A stretch of 64,000 bases of DNA from Macrostomum lignano (Eukaryota), in assembly GCA_002269645.1 (NCBI GenBank), contig NIVC01000511.1:218023-282022 (forward strand), read 5' to 3'. Of the stretch, positions 1 to 12,700 are shown piece by piece. Made by a program: the position numbers and the translations under genes. Each line of letters opens with the position of its first letter. The first letter of the stretch is position 1. Below the pieces are notes generated by a model that saw nothing but the letters and a program-made list of their open reading frames with translations, ran no database searches and had not been told where the DNA came from.

Positions 1-4
1 GCAG

Positions 5-365
5 CCCCTGATCTTCATGCAGTAGGGCAATCCCAGATCTTCATGCAGTGGGGCAATCCCAGATCTTCATGCAGTGGGGCAATCCCAGATCTTCATGCAG
101 TGGGGCAATCCCAGATCTTCATGCAGTGGGGCAATCCCAGATCTTCATGCAGTGGGGCAATCCCAGATCTTCATCCTGATTCCTTACACCTAGCAGACCC
201 CACGACCCCCTACCAAGCCTTGCATGGACCCCTACCAAGCTTTGCATGGACCCCTACAAAGCCTTTCATGGACCCCCTACCAAGCCTTTCATGGATCCCC
301 TACCATGCCTTGCATGGACCCCTACCATGCCTTGCATGGACCCCTACCAAGCCTTTCATGGACCC
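5..365. repeat. Two adjacent minisatellites in SLC13 intron 3: 26-bp (5-175) and 22-bp (205-365)
   Basis: Units GCAGTGGGGCAATCCCAGATCTTCAT and CATGGACCCCTACCAAGCCTTT. Confidence 0.9.
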
Positions 366-402
366 CCAGCAGGCCTGCCGGACCCCATCCAGCCGCACGC
401 AC

Positions 403-2520
403 CATGGGCACCGCAGCGGACTCATCCGCGATCCCGTCGGCACCATCGGCAGCCGCCTGGGCAGCCTCAGCCTTGCGCAGCTGATCGTACACCATGAGCT
501 CCTGCAGCACCGCGTCAACAATCGGCAGCATCATGGCGGCCGTGGCGGTGTTGGATATCCACATGGACATGAACCAGGTGGGCAGCATGAAGCCCAGGAG
601 CAGCCAGCGGGGCTGCACACCGACCAGCTGCAGCACCAGCAGCGCCATCCGTCGGTGCAGATTCCAGAATTCCACGCTGATTGCCAGCATCAGGCCGCCT
701 ATGAACAGCATGTTGGAGTCCTGCGGGTGCGGCGGGGTCGGTTCGGGATTAGACTGCCGATCCTCCGCCCTCAGATGCTTTAGTATTCCGCCCCTCCGCC
801 CTCAAATGCTTTAGTATTCCGCCCTCAGATGCTTTAGTATTCCGCCCTCAGATGCTTTAGTATTCCGCCCTCAGATGCTTTAGTATTCCGCCCTCAGATG
901 CTTTAGTATTCCGCCCTCAGATGCTTTAGTATTCCGCCCTCAGATGCTTTAGTATTCCGCTTTCCGCCCTCAGATGCTTTAGTATTCCGCCCCCCCCCCC
1001 TCCCCTCAGATACTTTAGTATTCCGCCCCTCCGCTCTCAAATACTTTAGTATTCCGCCCCTCCGCTCTCAAATACTTTAGTATTCCGTCCCTCCGCCCTC
1101 AAATACTTTAGTATTCCGCCCCTCCGCCCTCAGATTCGTTAGTATTCCGCCCCTCCTAAACTGTTAAAAAATTTCCAGAATTCGTTCTGCTCAACCCTTA
1201 GAAAACATGCATTTTGAGCAGTAGAGCAGGCGCGGGTCGAACTTACCGAGAAATAAGCCGGGCAGAGAACTTTTGATGGGATGATTTTAAAAGCTGGCGC
1301 GAGCACCACGGGGATCAGAGCCGTGACGCCGATGGGCAGAGATTCCGTCACCCAGTACATCGCCATGATCAGCAGCATGTAGGCCACTCGCGCCTCCTGG
1401 GGATTTGAGGGATTTTAGCCGGCGATGAGGCTAGCAAAGTGCCCAGTTGTAAAGTGCAAATCATGATTGAGCCCGATTGGTAAACTCAGAATTTACATAG
1501 CTGAACTCATCTGGCAGCAGCAGCCTAAAAGTGGGATTAGCGCCAGACTCATCTCATTCCCCAGTAGCTTAGAAGTGGGCTTGGCGCCAGACTTATCTCA
1601 TTCCCCAGTAGCTTAGAAGTGGGCTTGGCGTGAGACTCATCTCATTCCCCAGTAGCTTAGAAGTGGGATTGGCGCCAGACTCATCTCATTCCCCAGTAGC
1701 TTAGAAGTGGGCTTGGCGCCAGACTTATCTCATTCCCCAGTAGCTTAGAAGTGGGATTGGCGCCAGACTCATCTCATTCCCCAGTAGCTTAGAAGTGGGA
1801 TTGGCGCCAGACTCATCTCATTCCCCAGTAGCTTAGAAGTGGGATTGGCGCCAGACTCATCTCATTCCCCAGTAGCTTAGAATTAGGATTGGCGCCAGAC
1901 TCATCTCATTCCCCAGTAGCTTAGAAGTGGGCTTGGCGTGAGACTCATCTCATTCCCCAGTAGCTTATAATTAGGATTGGCACCAGACTCATCTCATTCC
2001 CCAGTAGCTTAGAAGTGGGCTTGGCGTGAGACTCATCTCATTCCCATTCCCCAGTAGCTTAGAAGTGGGCTTGGCGCCAGACTCATCTCATTCCCCAGTA
2101 GCTTAGAAGTGGGATTGGCGCCAGACTCATCTCATTCCCCAGTAGCTTATAATTAGGATTGGCACCAGACTCATCTCATTCCCCAGTAGCTTAGAAGTGG
2201 GCTTGGCGTGAGACTCATCTCATTCCCATTCCCCAGTAGCTTAGAAGTGGGCTTGGCGCCAGACTCATCTCATTCCCCAGTAGCTTAGAAGTGGGATTGG
2301 CGCCAGACTCATCTCATTCCCCAGTAGCTTAGAAGTGGGATTGGCGCCAGACTCATCTCATTCCCCAGTAGCTTAGAAGTGGGCTTGGCGCCAGACTCAC
2401 CGGCCTCGGCGCCAGAATCGGCAGCGGAGAGAACAGGATCGGCGCCAGACAGAACACGAGCAGTTTTCTCCAGCGCCAGATGACGCTGAGCCGCTGCGCA
2501 CAGGTGGCGGTCTCGGGCAT
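403..2520 (-). CDS. SLC13: SLC13 family Na+/sulfate-carboxylate cotransporter, 5' part (gene continues beyond window start)
   Basis: Exons 2520-2401 (MPETATCAQRLSVIWRWRKLLVFCLAPILFSPLPILAPRP), 1396-1247 (EARVAYMLLIMAMYWVTESLPIGVTALIP...YFS) and 720-403 (DSNMLFIGGLMLAISVEFWNLHRRMAL...SMWISNTATAAMMLPIV). All are GT-AG and phase 0. WVTExLP, LHRRxAL and SMWISNTAT are SLC13 hallmark motifs. The paralog cannot be assigned. Confidence 0.93.
763..1153. repeat. 23-bp minisatellite in SLC13 intron 2
   Basis: Unit CCGCCCTCAGATGCTTTAGTATT. Confidence 0.92.
1530..2400. repeat. 44-bp minisatellite in SLC13 intron 1
   Basis: Unit CGCCAGACTCATCTCATTCCCCAGTAGCTTAGAAGTGGGATTGG, ~19 copies, ending at the splice donor. 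Confidence 0.95.
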
Positions 2521-3032
2521 GTCGAAAAGCCTAATAAGAAAAGCGTAAACATGGTCATCAACAGTTTCTTTCCCCGGGATTTACGAGCTAAAAGCAGGCT
2601 CATTTCCTTCTTCAGTCCACCTTCAGATTGAAAAAAATTAGGAACGCACCTGCATGTCAGGCTTAAAAATGGCCCCACACTAAAAAGTGCAAACGGATTC
2701 CGCGTGGGGAAGCAGGGAAGAGAATTTCCCTGTAGTGTATTTTTGGCGTCGCCGTTTGGGCTGAGGCAGGGAGGAGGGGGGGGGTGGGTTCAGAGCAATG
2801 TCAGACATCTAGGCTGGCGCGGGGTGGTGGCACTGATGGCGTGCGTGACAAACTGGCAGTGAGCGCGAACTGGGGGAAAGCAACTGCTGCTGCGGGGCGC
2901 AGGCATGAAGCTGCTTTCAGTCAAAGCCATCTACCCCACCCTCTTCCGTCACTGTTTTCTTGTCTGGTACTGTTGCCAGATCAGGTCCTCATCTCTGATC
3001 CTCAGGGGAAACAGTCGTGCGTTTGTTTAAAT

Positions 3033-3257
3033 CAGGGGTCGGTATACCCCGGCCCGCCAAGCCTCTCTATCCGGTCCTCGGGTACTTTGAAACTTCACAA
3101 TAGCAATCCGGCCCGCTCAAGGTTTGTGTCTCTTCTCTCAACCCTCCTCTCTCTTCTTTCCTCTCTTCTATCCCCTCTCCTCTCCTCTCTTCTCCTCTAT
3201 TCCCTCCTATCTTTCCCTTCCATCTGGCCCTTGAGGCAAAAGGTTTGCCAACCCCTG
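3033..3257. mobile_element. hAT-type MITE
   Basis: TIRs CAGGGGTCGG and CCAACCCCTG with a perfect 8-bp TSD GTTTAAAT; CT-rich interior. Confidence 0.85.
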
Positions 3258-3379
3258 GTTTAAATGCATTCATTCAGATTGATTTTCACTTCAGTCTCTG
3301 AGCACTGCGGCTCTTTGAAAACCGCTTTCATCCCTTTTGAGCCAGTACAAAGCTTTATGAAAACTAACATTCTGTTTGA

Positions 3380-3952
3380 CAGACACATGGTCTCACACAT
3401 GAGATGAAGGATGCTTAGTCTCACATATGAAGAACACTTAGTCTCACACATGTGATGGACACTTAGTCTCACATATTAGATGAAGGACACTTGTCTCACA
3501 CATGTGTGGACACTTGTCTCACACATGTGTGGACACTTAGTCTCACATATTAGATGATGGACACTTAGTCTCACATATTAGATAAAGGACACTTAGTCTC
3601 ACAATTAGATAAAGGACACTTAGTCTCACACATGAGATGAAGGACACTTAGTCTCACACATGAGATGAAGGACACTTAGTCTCACACATGAGATGAAGGA
3701 CACTTAGTCTCACACATGAGATGAAGGACACTTAGTCTCACACTTAGTCTCACACATGAGATGGACACTTAGTCTCACACATGAGATGAAGGACATTTAG
3801 TCTCACACATGAGATGAAGGACACTTAGTCTCACAATTAGATGAAGGACACTTAGTCTCACACATGAGATGAAGGACACTTAGTCTCACAATTAGATAAA
3901 GGACACTTAGTCTCACACATGAGATGAAGGACACTCAGTCTTACACATGAGA
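3380..3952. repeat. 28-bp minisatellite
   Basis: Unit GACACTTAGTCTCACACATGAGATGAAG. Confidence 0.92.
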
Positions 3953-6087
3953 TATAAGATTCTATATAAGTGGTAAAGTTAAAATAAATAGTTCCAATAA
4001 GCCCTTGTAAGCTATCCAAAGCGCATGCGGAGGCTTACCTGAACTTCTGTTTACGAAAGTCTTGAAAGTGTTTGAGTCGTCTCTTCTAATTAAAGGATCT
4101 GTAGCGCTCACGAAATCCTTAGCAAGGATATCCTATTTTTAAGCTGTAGGAGTAACCCAGTGATTTATCTACCGAACAAATGTGGGATCGGATGGGCGAT
4201 TCAGCTAGGTGAGGTGGATAAGGGGTGACTTGGCGAGATTCTCTGCATCGCTGCGCTGACTGGCTGGAGGGCGAGGAAGGGGGCGACAGATTAGAAGGGG
4301 AGAAACCACTGGGATGGAGGGAGAATGGGGTGGTGGGGCGGCGATCCCAAATCGATTCGCCTCAGTCATGAGGGTGTAGGGGGGGAGGGAGTCCTCCAGT
4401 TCTATCCATGGCTCAGCAGTGTACAGCCTGGGGCAGTAGCAGGGATGTACAGTGCCAGCGTCTGGGCATCTAATATTGTTAGGCAGCCCGCGGGGGTGCC
4501 AGCACTAAGCGTCCACTGCGCTTAGGAAAAAGAAGTTTTGTGCTTACTTTTTAGATAACTGCTAGCTATGCAAACTCTGATTTCCTAGCTCAAGGCAAGA
4601 AATAGTTGTCCGTGTGTACTAGCAAACTCTTGGGCAGTGGAAAAGAAGTACATCGTGCAGTCTCAGTTTTGATGCTCGTAAAGCAGACGATGCTAATAAT
4701 TATTAAATGTACATACATGATTATTAAATGAGGAGCCAGGTGACGAATTAAAGTACATGCAGGAGCGTGTGACAGCTGCTCGATGCCATCTGCAAAGATT
4801 GACTCGGTGTTTGGCCTATAGAGTGGGACCATGGAGGAAAGAATAGAATGGAGTGCTAATCTGAGCCAGTCATTTTCATCTCGCTCGATCCTCACTTTTA
4901 ACATCCCTTTCCCCCTCGTTCTTTCCTATTGGCTCGTGACTGCCATAGACAAAGTATTTTTCGTCTCGTTTTCGTTTTCGTTCCCCTCTGAAAGGTCTGA
5001 CCCAGCATAGTACGAGCTCGCATCAAAATATGCTTTCAGCCAATAGGAAGGAACGGGGGGAAAGGGATGTCAAAAGCGAAAATCGAGCGAGACAAAAACA
5101 ACTGGCTCAGATTAGCACTCCATTGTCGGCTGATTTTCCATGCAAGAATGGCATTATTGCACTCTTTTGCGTGCAGGAATGGATGTCTATGGTAAAATCT
5201 CACTGAAAAAGCATTAGGCGCAGAAATGCATTCCTGCACGGTTTTGTGCATTCCTGCACGATGAATCATCCGACAATGGAGGAATCCAGCACGCTGACTG
5301 TTTTGAAAAGTCAAAGTGCTTGATTCCCATTCTTATTTGATCCAACATGTGTGCCTAAAGTAGACAAGGGTGGAGCTGAGGGTGTGGAGTTAGACTTGAA
5401 CCATAGACAAAATATGCGCGAGCTAGTCTGAACATTCTTGCACGATTGAAAGAAGATTATGCTTGTAGTCTATGGCTGTTATGCTAAATATAGAAACATC
5501 GCGCATTTACATTCTTGCACGATTGACATTCCTGCACGGAGTGCACATGCAAATTCAAGGTGCTTTTACCATAGAAACTTGCATTTCTGCACGCATATGG
5601 CGACTTCCAAAGCATTCTTGCACGCTGGATCAAATAAGAATGTGTGCACTCGTGCAGATGTCATTCCCGCACTCGTGACCGTGAAGGAATTTCCTCCATG
5701 AGTGGGACTTACTGCAAACATTGTTAGAAGATGCGCTTGCACCATAGACAGATGTGAGTTGCAGCACGCTTGAGCATTCCTTTTTTTTGTTCAGTAGCAT
5801 TTCACCGAGTTTAAGCTGATATAAAACTGCTTGAAAACTAGAAAACTTATTAAACTAAAAAAATTAGAGGAAAAAATTGAAGGCCCAAATTTACTTTCTC
5901 CGACTGTATAAGCGAAAAAATTAATAAGCACAGTCTGTTATTCATAATCTTATCGGCGAATAAATTGCACTTTTAATTAAAGTTGATAGACAGTTATTAG
6001 TCTGGAAAACATACTGGGTTTGATGATGCTATGAATTTAGCAGCTATGCCTACTGGCATTCCTGGAAATAAACTGTAAAAACAATGC

Positions 6088-6508
6088 GCAACACAATGAT
6101 GCGATCCAGTTTGCTTCTAACTTAATTAAACTGGACACAATGATGCGGTCCAGTTTTCTTCGAACTTAATTAAACTGGACACAATGATGCGGTCCAGTTT
6201 TCTTCGAACTTAATTAAACTGGACACAATGATGCGGTCCAGTTTTCTTCGAACTTAATTAAACTGGACACAATGATGCGGTCCAGTTTTCTTCGAACTTA
6301 ATTAAACTGGACACAATGATGCGGTCCAGTTTTCTTCGAACTTAATTAAACTGGACACAATGATGCGGTCCAGTTTTCTTCGAACTTAATTAAACTGGAC
6401 ACAATGATGCGGTCCAGTTATCATCGAACTCAACTAAACTGGACACAATGATGCGGTCCAGTTATCATCGAACTCAACTAAACTAGACACAATGATGCGG
6501 TCCAGTTT
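6088..6508. repeat. 44-bp hairpin-containing minisatellite
   Basis: Unit AACTGGACACAATGATGCGGTCCAGTTTTCTTCGAACTTAATTA, with an 8-bp stem AACTGGAC/GTCCAGTT. Confidence 0.93.
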
Positions 6509-6743
6509 TATTTTTATTTATTACAAAAACTACTGTCTTAGAATTTTAACCAAAAAGTAGTAGAAAAATTATTTAATTAATATACGCTTAAAATACTACT
6601 TTTATACGAGCAGTAGTAGTTAAATCCATGCAGAATTAAAATCTCTGAAAAAATTGACATAGAATTAACAAGAACACACACTATATATTCAAAAGCTATA
6701 ACACAATCGGCATATAATACTGATACTACTGCCAATCAGTCAA

Positions 6744-9700
6744 TCAGTAGTACTGTCGGCGTTGATTTCTAGTCATACGTTCGGCGTGACGGCGCAATCT
6801 GGCGTTGATCTGCTTGTTTAGCCGGACGCATTCGCTGTTCTCCTGCAAGGTTGATGATTTATGATTTATGACAATACATCTATACTTAAAATATTTTGGT
6901 ATAAAAAATTACATTTATTATAGCCTACTTATTTACTAATTATGCATTTAATGTTGTATCAAATTACGAGCTATGATTTAGCTTCAAGGATTTTTGTAAA
7001 ATTAGATAGCTCTACTAATTAGTAGTAGCATGTACTTTTCAGGCGAAAATAACTGTTACTAAGACGAATGAAAATATATTTCTTGTCACTGCGGACACAG
7101 TTGAGAATTTAGTCGGAATTCTCGCGCGATCAAAGATAAGAAACCGGCTGCACCCAGGAGACGGTGAGTCAAGCCACTGCACAGTGCTTACAAGAGAAGT
7201 CAAATTTAATGTCAGCTTTTTTAGAAATGCTTCAATCAGGCGAATACAGAATTTTGATGATTAAGAAACACTTCCTAAAAAGTGTTTTTAATGATTCATA
7301 TTCGACGGTACTGCACACGATTCAGGCGGGAATTCAGATGATTCAGATGGAAGATTCAGATGATTCAGATGGAAGATTCAGATGATTCAGATGGAAGATT
7401 CAGATGATTCAGGTAAAAGATTCAGATGATTCAGGTAGAACATTCAGATGATTCAGGTAGAAGATTCAGATGATTCAGGTAGAACATTCAGATGATTCAG
7501 ATAGAAGATTCAGATGATTCAAGTAGAACATTCAGATGATTCAGGTAGAACATTCAGATGATTCAGGTAGAAGATTCAGATGATTCAGATAGAAGATTCA
7601 GATGATTCAGGTAGAACATTCAGATGATTCAGATAGAAGATTCAGATGATTCAAGTAGAACATTCAGATGATTCAGGTAGAAGATTCAGATGATTCAGGT
7701 AGAAGATTCAGATGATTCAGATAGAACATTCAGATGATTCAAGTAGAACATTCAGATGATTCAGGTAGAAGATTCAGATGATTCAGGTAGAAGATTCAGA
7801 TGATTCAGGTAGAACATTCAGATGATTCAGATAGAAGATTCAGATGATTCAAGTAGAACATTCAGATGATTCAGGTAGAACATTCAGATGATTCAGGTAG
7901 AAGATTCAGATGATTCAGATAGAAGATTCAGATAATTCAGGTAGAACATTCAGATGATTCAGATAGAAGATTCAGATGATTCAAGTAGAAGATTCAGATG
8001 ATTCAGGTAGAAGATTCAGATGATTCAGGTAGAAGATTCAGATGATTCAGGTAGAACATTCAGATGATTCAGATAGAAGATTCAGATGATTCAAATAGAA
8101 CATTCAGATGATTCAGGTAGAACATTCAGATGATTCAGATAGAAGATTCAGATGATTCAGGTAGAACATTCAGATGATTTAGATAGAAGATTCAGATGAT
8201 TCAGATAGAAGATTCAGATGATTCAGATAGAATATTCAGATGATTCAGATAGAAGATTCAGATGATTCAGGTAGAAGATTCAGATGATTCAGATAGAAGA
8301 TTCAGATGATTCAGGTAGAAGATTCAGATGATTCAGATGGAAGATTCAGATGATTCAGGTAGAAGATTCAGATGACTCAGGTAGAAGATTCAGATGATTC
8401 AGATAGAAGATTCAGATGATTCAGATAGAAGATTCAGATGATTCAGGTAGAACATTCAGATGATTTAGATAGAAGATTCAGATGATTCAGATAGAAGATT
8501 CAGATGATTCAGATAGAATATTCAGATGATTCAGATAGATGATTCAGATGATTCAGGTAGAAGATTCAGATGATTCAGATAGAAGATTCAGATGATTCAG
8601 GTAGAAGATTCAGATGATTCAGATGGAAGATTCAGATGATTCAGGTAGAAGATTCAGATGACTCAGGTAGAAGATTCAGATGATTCAGATAGAAGATTCA
8701 GATGATTCAGATAGAAGATTCAGATGATTCAGGTAGAAGATTCAGATGATTCAGATAGAAGATTCAGATGATTCAGATAGAAGATTCAGATGATTCAGGT
8801 AGAACATTCAGATGATTCAGATAGAAGATTCAGATGATTCAGATAGAAGATTCAGATGATTCAGATAGAAGATTCAGATTATTCACATGAAACTTCAGAT
8901 GATTCAGATAGAAGTTTCAGATGATTCAGGTAGAAGATTCAGATGAATCAAATAAAACTTCAGATGATTCAGAATCTCAGATAAAAGGCTAAGCTTATTC
9001 AGGCAGACACACAGTGATAGGCATCTCACCAGCACAATGTAGCGCTTCAAAGCTCTAATAGCGTCCTCCTTGCCCATGGCAACGCTGCGTACCCGCACCA
9101 GCATGGTGAGGAACAGGCACAGCAGCAGCACCTGAGGCGTCCCAGTAGTCACGTAGCGAACGAAGCCAACAAGGTTGGACTGGTCGAAATAGGCGTCCTT
9201 GAGCAGGCCGTCGTTGCGGAAGGGGCCGCAGGCGGGCGACAAGGGCAGGGAGTAGATCAGAAAGGACAGGAACAGGCCAGGCACCAGCGAGGTCAGGAAC
9301 AGGAAGGTGGTGATGGTCCTGGCTGTCAGCAGCTTGCCCATGCCCGCCAGACTGGGCCGAAAGCACAGCTGCAGGATCAGCTGCGGGAATGCGGGTGCGC
9401 AGTTAGGGTCGGGCGGTGCTGGCTCTAGGTTGTGATATTTGGGATGAGCATCAGAGGGGGCAGAGAAAAGGGGATCAGAGAGATGGGGATCAGAGAGATG
9501 GGGATAAGAGGAGATTGGGATCAGAGAGATGGGGATAAGAGAGATTGTGATCAGAGAGATGGGGACCAGAGAGATTATTATTAGATAAAAAGGGATCAGA
9601 GAGATTAGGATCAGAGACATGGGGATCAGAGACATGGGGATCAGAGAGATGAGAATCAGAGAGATAGGGATCAGAGAGATGAAGATCAGAGAGATGGGGA

Positions 9701-12700
9701 TCGGAGAGATAGGGATCAGAGAGATGAAGATCAGAGAGATGGGGATCAGAGAGATGAGAATCAGAGAGATAGGGATCAGAGAGATGAAGATCAGAGAGAT
9801 GGGGATCGGAGAGATAGGGATCAGAGAAAAGGGGATTAAAGAGATAGAGATCAGAGAGATGGGGATAAGAGAGATTGGGATCAGAGAGATTTTGTGATCA
9901 TAGAGATTAGGATTAAATAAATAGGGATCACAGAGATTAGGATCAGAGACATGGGGATCAGAGAGAGAAATCAGAGAGAAGATCAGAGAGACGGGGTTCA
10001 TAGAGATGGGGGTGAGAGAGATGGGGATGAGAGAGATGAAGATCAGAGAGATGGGGATCAGAGAGATGGGGATGAGAGAGATGAAGATCAGAGAGATGGG
10101 GATCAGAGAGATGGGGATCAGAGAGATAGGGATCGGAGAGATAGGGATCAGAGAGATGGGGATAAGAGAGATTGGGATCAGAGAGATTTTGTGATCAGAG
10201 AGATTAGGATTAAATAAATAGGGATCAGAGAGATTAGGATCAGAGACATGGGGATCAGAGAGAGAAATCAGAGAGAAGATCAGAGAGACGGGGTTCATAG
10301 AGATGGGGGTGAGAGAGATGGGGATGAGAGAGATGAAGATCAGAGAGATGGGGATGTGAAAGATGGGTATCAGAGAGATGGGGATCAGAGAGATGTGGAT
10401 CAGGGAAATGAAGATCAGAGGGATGGGATCACATACATGGAGATCAGAGACGTGGGGATCAGAGAGATGGGGATCAGAGAGATGGGGATCAGAGAGATGG
10501 GGATCAGAGAGATGGGGATCAGAGAGATGGGGATCAGAGAGATAGGGATCAGACATGAGGATCAGAGAGATGGGGATCAGAGAGATAGGGATCAGAGAGA
10601 TGGGGATCAGAGAGATGGGGATCAGAGAGATAGGGATCAGAGAGATGGGGATCAGAGAGATAGGGATCAGAGAGATAAGGATCAGAGAGATGAGGATCAC
10701 AGAGATGGGGATCAGAGAGATGAAGATCAGAGAGATAGGGATCAGAGAGATGGGAATCAGAGATATGAGAATCAGAGAGATGGGGATCAGAAACTTGGGG
10801 ACGAGGCCTTGATCTCACCTTCAAGCAATAAACAAGCAACATAATGTGGATCAAAGCACTTACCCATTTGTAAAAGAACAATGTGAGAATTTTCAGCGCT
10901 CCAAACACAGCCAGAGGTGGACTGAAGAACGCGCCGAGCCTGAAGAGAACCAATGATGATAGCCATAGTAACAATCAGACTAAAAACTTTGTTATACATG
11001 TAGTCAAGATAGAACAAGCAAGTCCAACTTACCAAAGCAAAGCAGCGGAGAATGTGAGACAGGCGGCATTGTAGCTGATGTCAATGTTCAGCTTGATGGA
11101 TCTCTGCAGAGCTGGGAGGGGCAGCAAGCTAAGCAGCCTGCGATGGGTTGGGTGAGTTGGAAAAGCATACATAAAAATATAGTAGCCAGAACTTATACAA
11201 TTATTGATGATAAACAGAATGAGATTTGAGGGTGACACTGTATAGGAAACTTATGGTGTGAGATAGAGGATGAGACAGGGATGAGATTGAAGACGAGACC
11301 AAGGCGTGACATTAGAGATGAGACTAAGGGATGAGATTGGAGATAAGACAAAGGGGTGAGATTGGAGATGAGACAAAGGATGCGATAAGAGATGAGAAAA
11401 GGGGGTGAGATTGGTTGATGAGACGAGGCGTGTGCGTGAGATTAGAAATAAGACAAAGGGGTGAGATTAGAGATGAAACAAAGTCGTGAGATTAGAGATG
11501 AGACAAAGGTTTGAGATTAGAGATGAAACGAAGAAGAGAGACTAGAGTTGAGACAAAGGGGTGAGAATGGAGACGAGACCAAGGCTGAGATTAGAGACGC
11601 GACCACGGCTGAGATGAGAGATTAGAATCTTCTGTTGTATTGAGGAAGAGAATTCGGAACAAATGAAACTCATTTGTTATTCCATAAGGAATTGGTTGTT
11701 GCCGCTTAACTCACTTTGGCAGAACCTCGAGAAGAAAAGACGATACCAGAGCAGCAAAGAAGTCGTAAAAGTTAAGCCGGTAGAGCTGGGCAGCCATCCA
11801 GGACTCCCAACAGAATTCATTCGCCTCGCTAGTCACAGACCAGCCGTCATGTAATTGCGAATGACCCTGAAGAGGGGGATGGATTTGGTCTGGATTTCGA
11901 ATTTTTACCACAGACACACACCTCACTCCCTGCCCTCAGCCACCCACCTCACTCCCTGCCCTCAGCCACCCACCTCACTCCCTGCCCTCAGCCACCCACC
12001 CCACTCCCTGCCCTCAGCCACCCACCTCACTCCTTGCCCTCAGCCACCCACCTCACTCCCTGCCCTCAGCCACCCACCCCACTCCCTGCCCTCAGCCACC
12101 CACCTCACTCCTTGCCCTCAGCCACCCACCCCACTCCCTGCCCTCAGCCACCCACCCCACTCCCTGCCCTCAGCCACCCACCTCACTCCCTGACCACAGA
12201 CACCCACCACACTCCCTGACCACAGACACCCACCTCACTCCCTGACCACAGACACCCACCTCACTCCCTGACCACGGACACCCACCTCACTCCCTGCCCA
12301 CAGACACCCACCTCACTCCCTGACCACGGACACCCACCTCACTCCCTGACCACAGACACCCACCTCACTCCCTGCCCACAGACACCCACCTCACTCCCTG
12401 CCCACAGACACCCACCTCACTCCCTGACCACGGACACCCACCTCACTCCCTGACCACAAAATCATAGCTACAGTACAATGCAAACTAATTGTAGTTTAAA
12501 AACTTACTAACACTCTACAGGTGAAGTAATTTGAGTCGGATTCCGCCTCCGATGAGTGGCAAAATATGAAAGCGTGCAGCACAAATGCTAAAGAAGCCAC
12601 AGTCGCCAGGGTGAAGAGGCCACTTCTGTAAATTTAGCGACAAGAAATACGTGGCTCTAATCGTCAAATAACAAAAAGCTGCTTTCCCATTGCTGATTCT

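Noticed and set aside
6088-6508. Palindromic ~44-bp repeats suggestive of a CRISPR array
   Set aside because: The units are contiguous and near-identical with no unique spacers, there are no cas genes, and the context is eukaryotic.
8904-10700. 598-aa ORF and overlapping ORFs (ISLIP, MGIRE, RDGDQ repeats)
   Set aside because: These are translations of the 15-bp intronic array. Only 9380-9030 is a real TMC exon, bounded by AG and GT.
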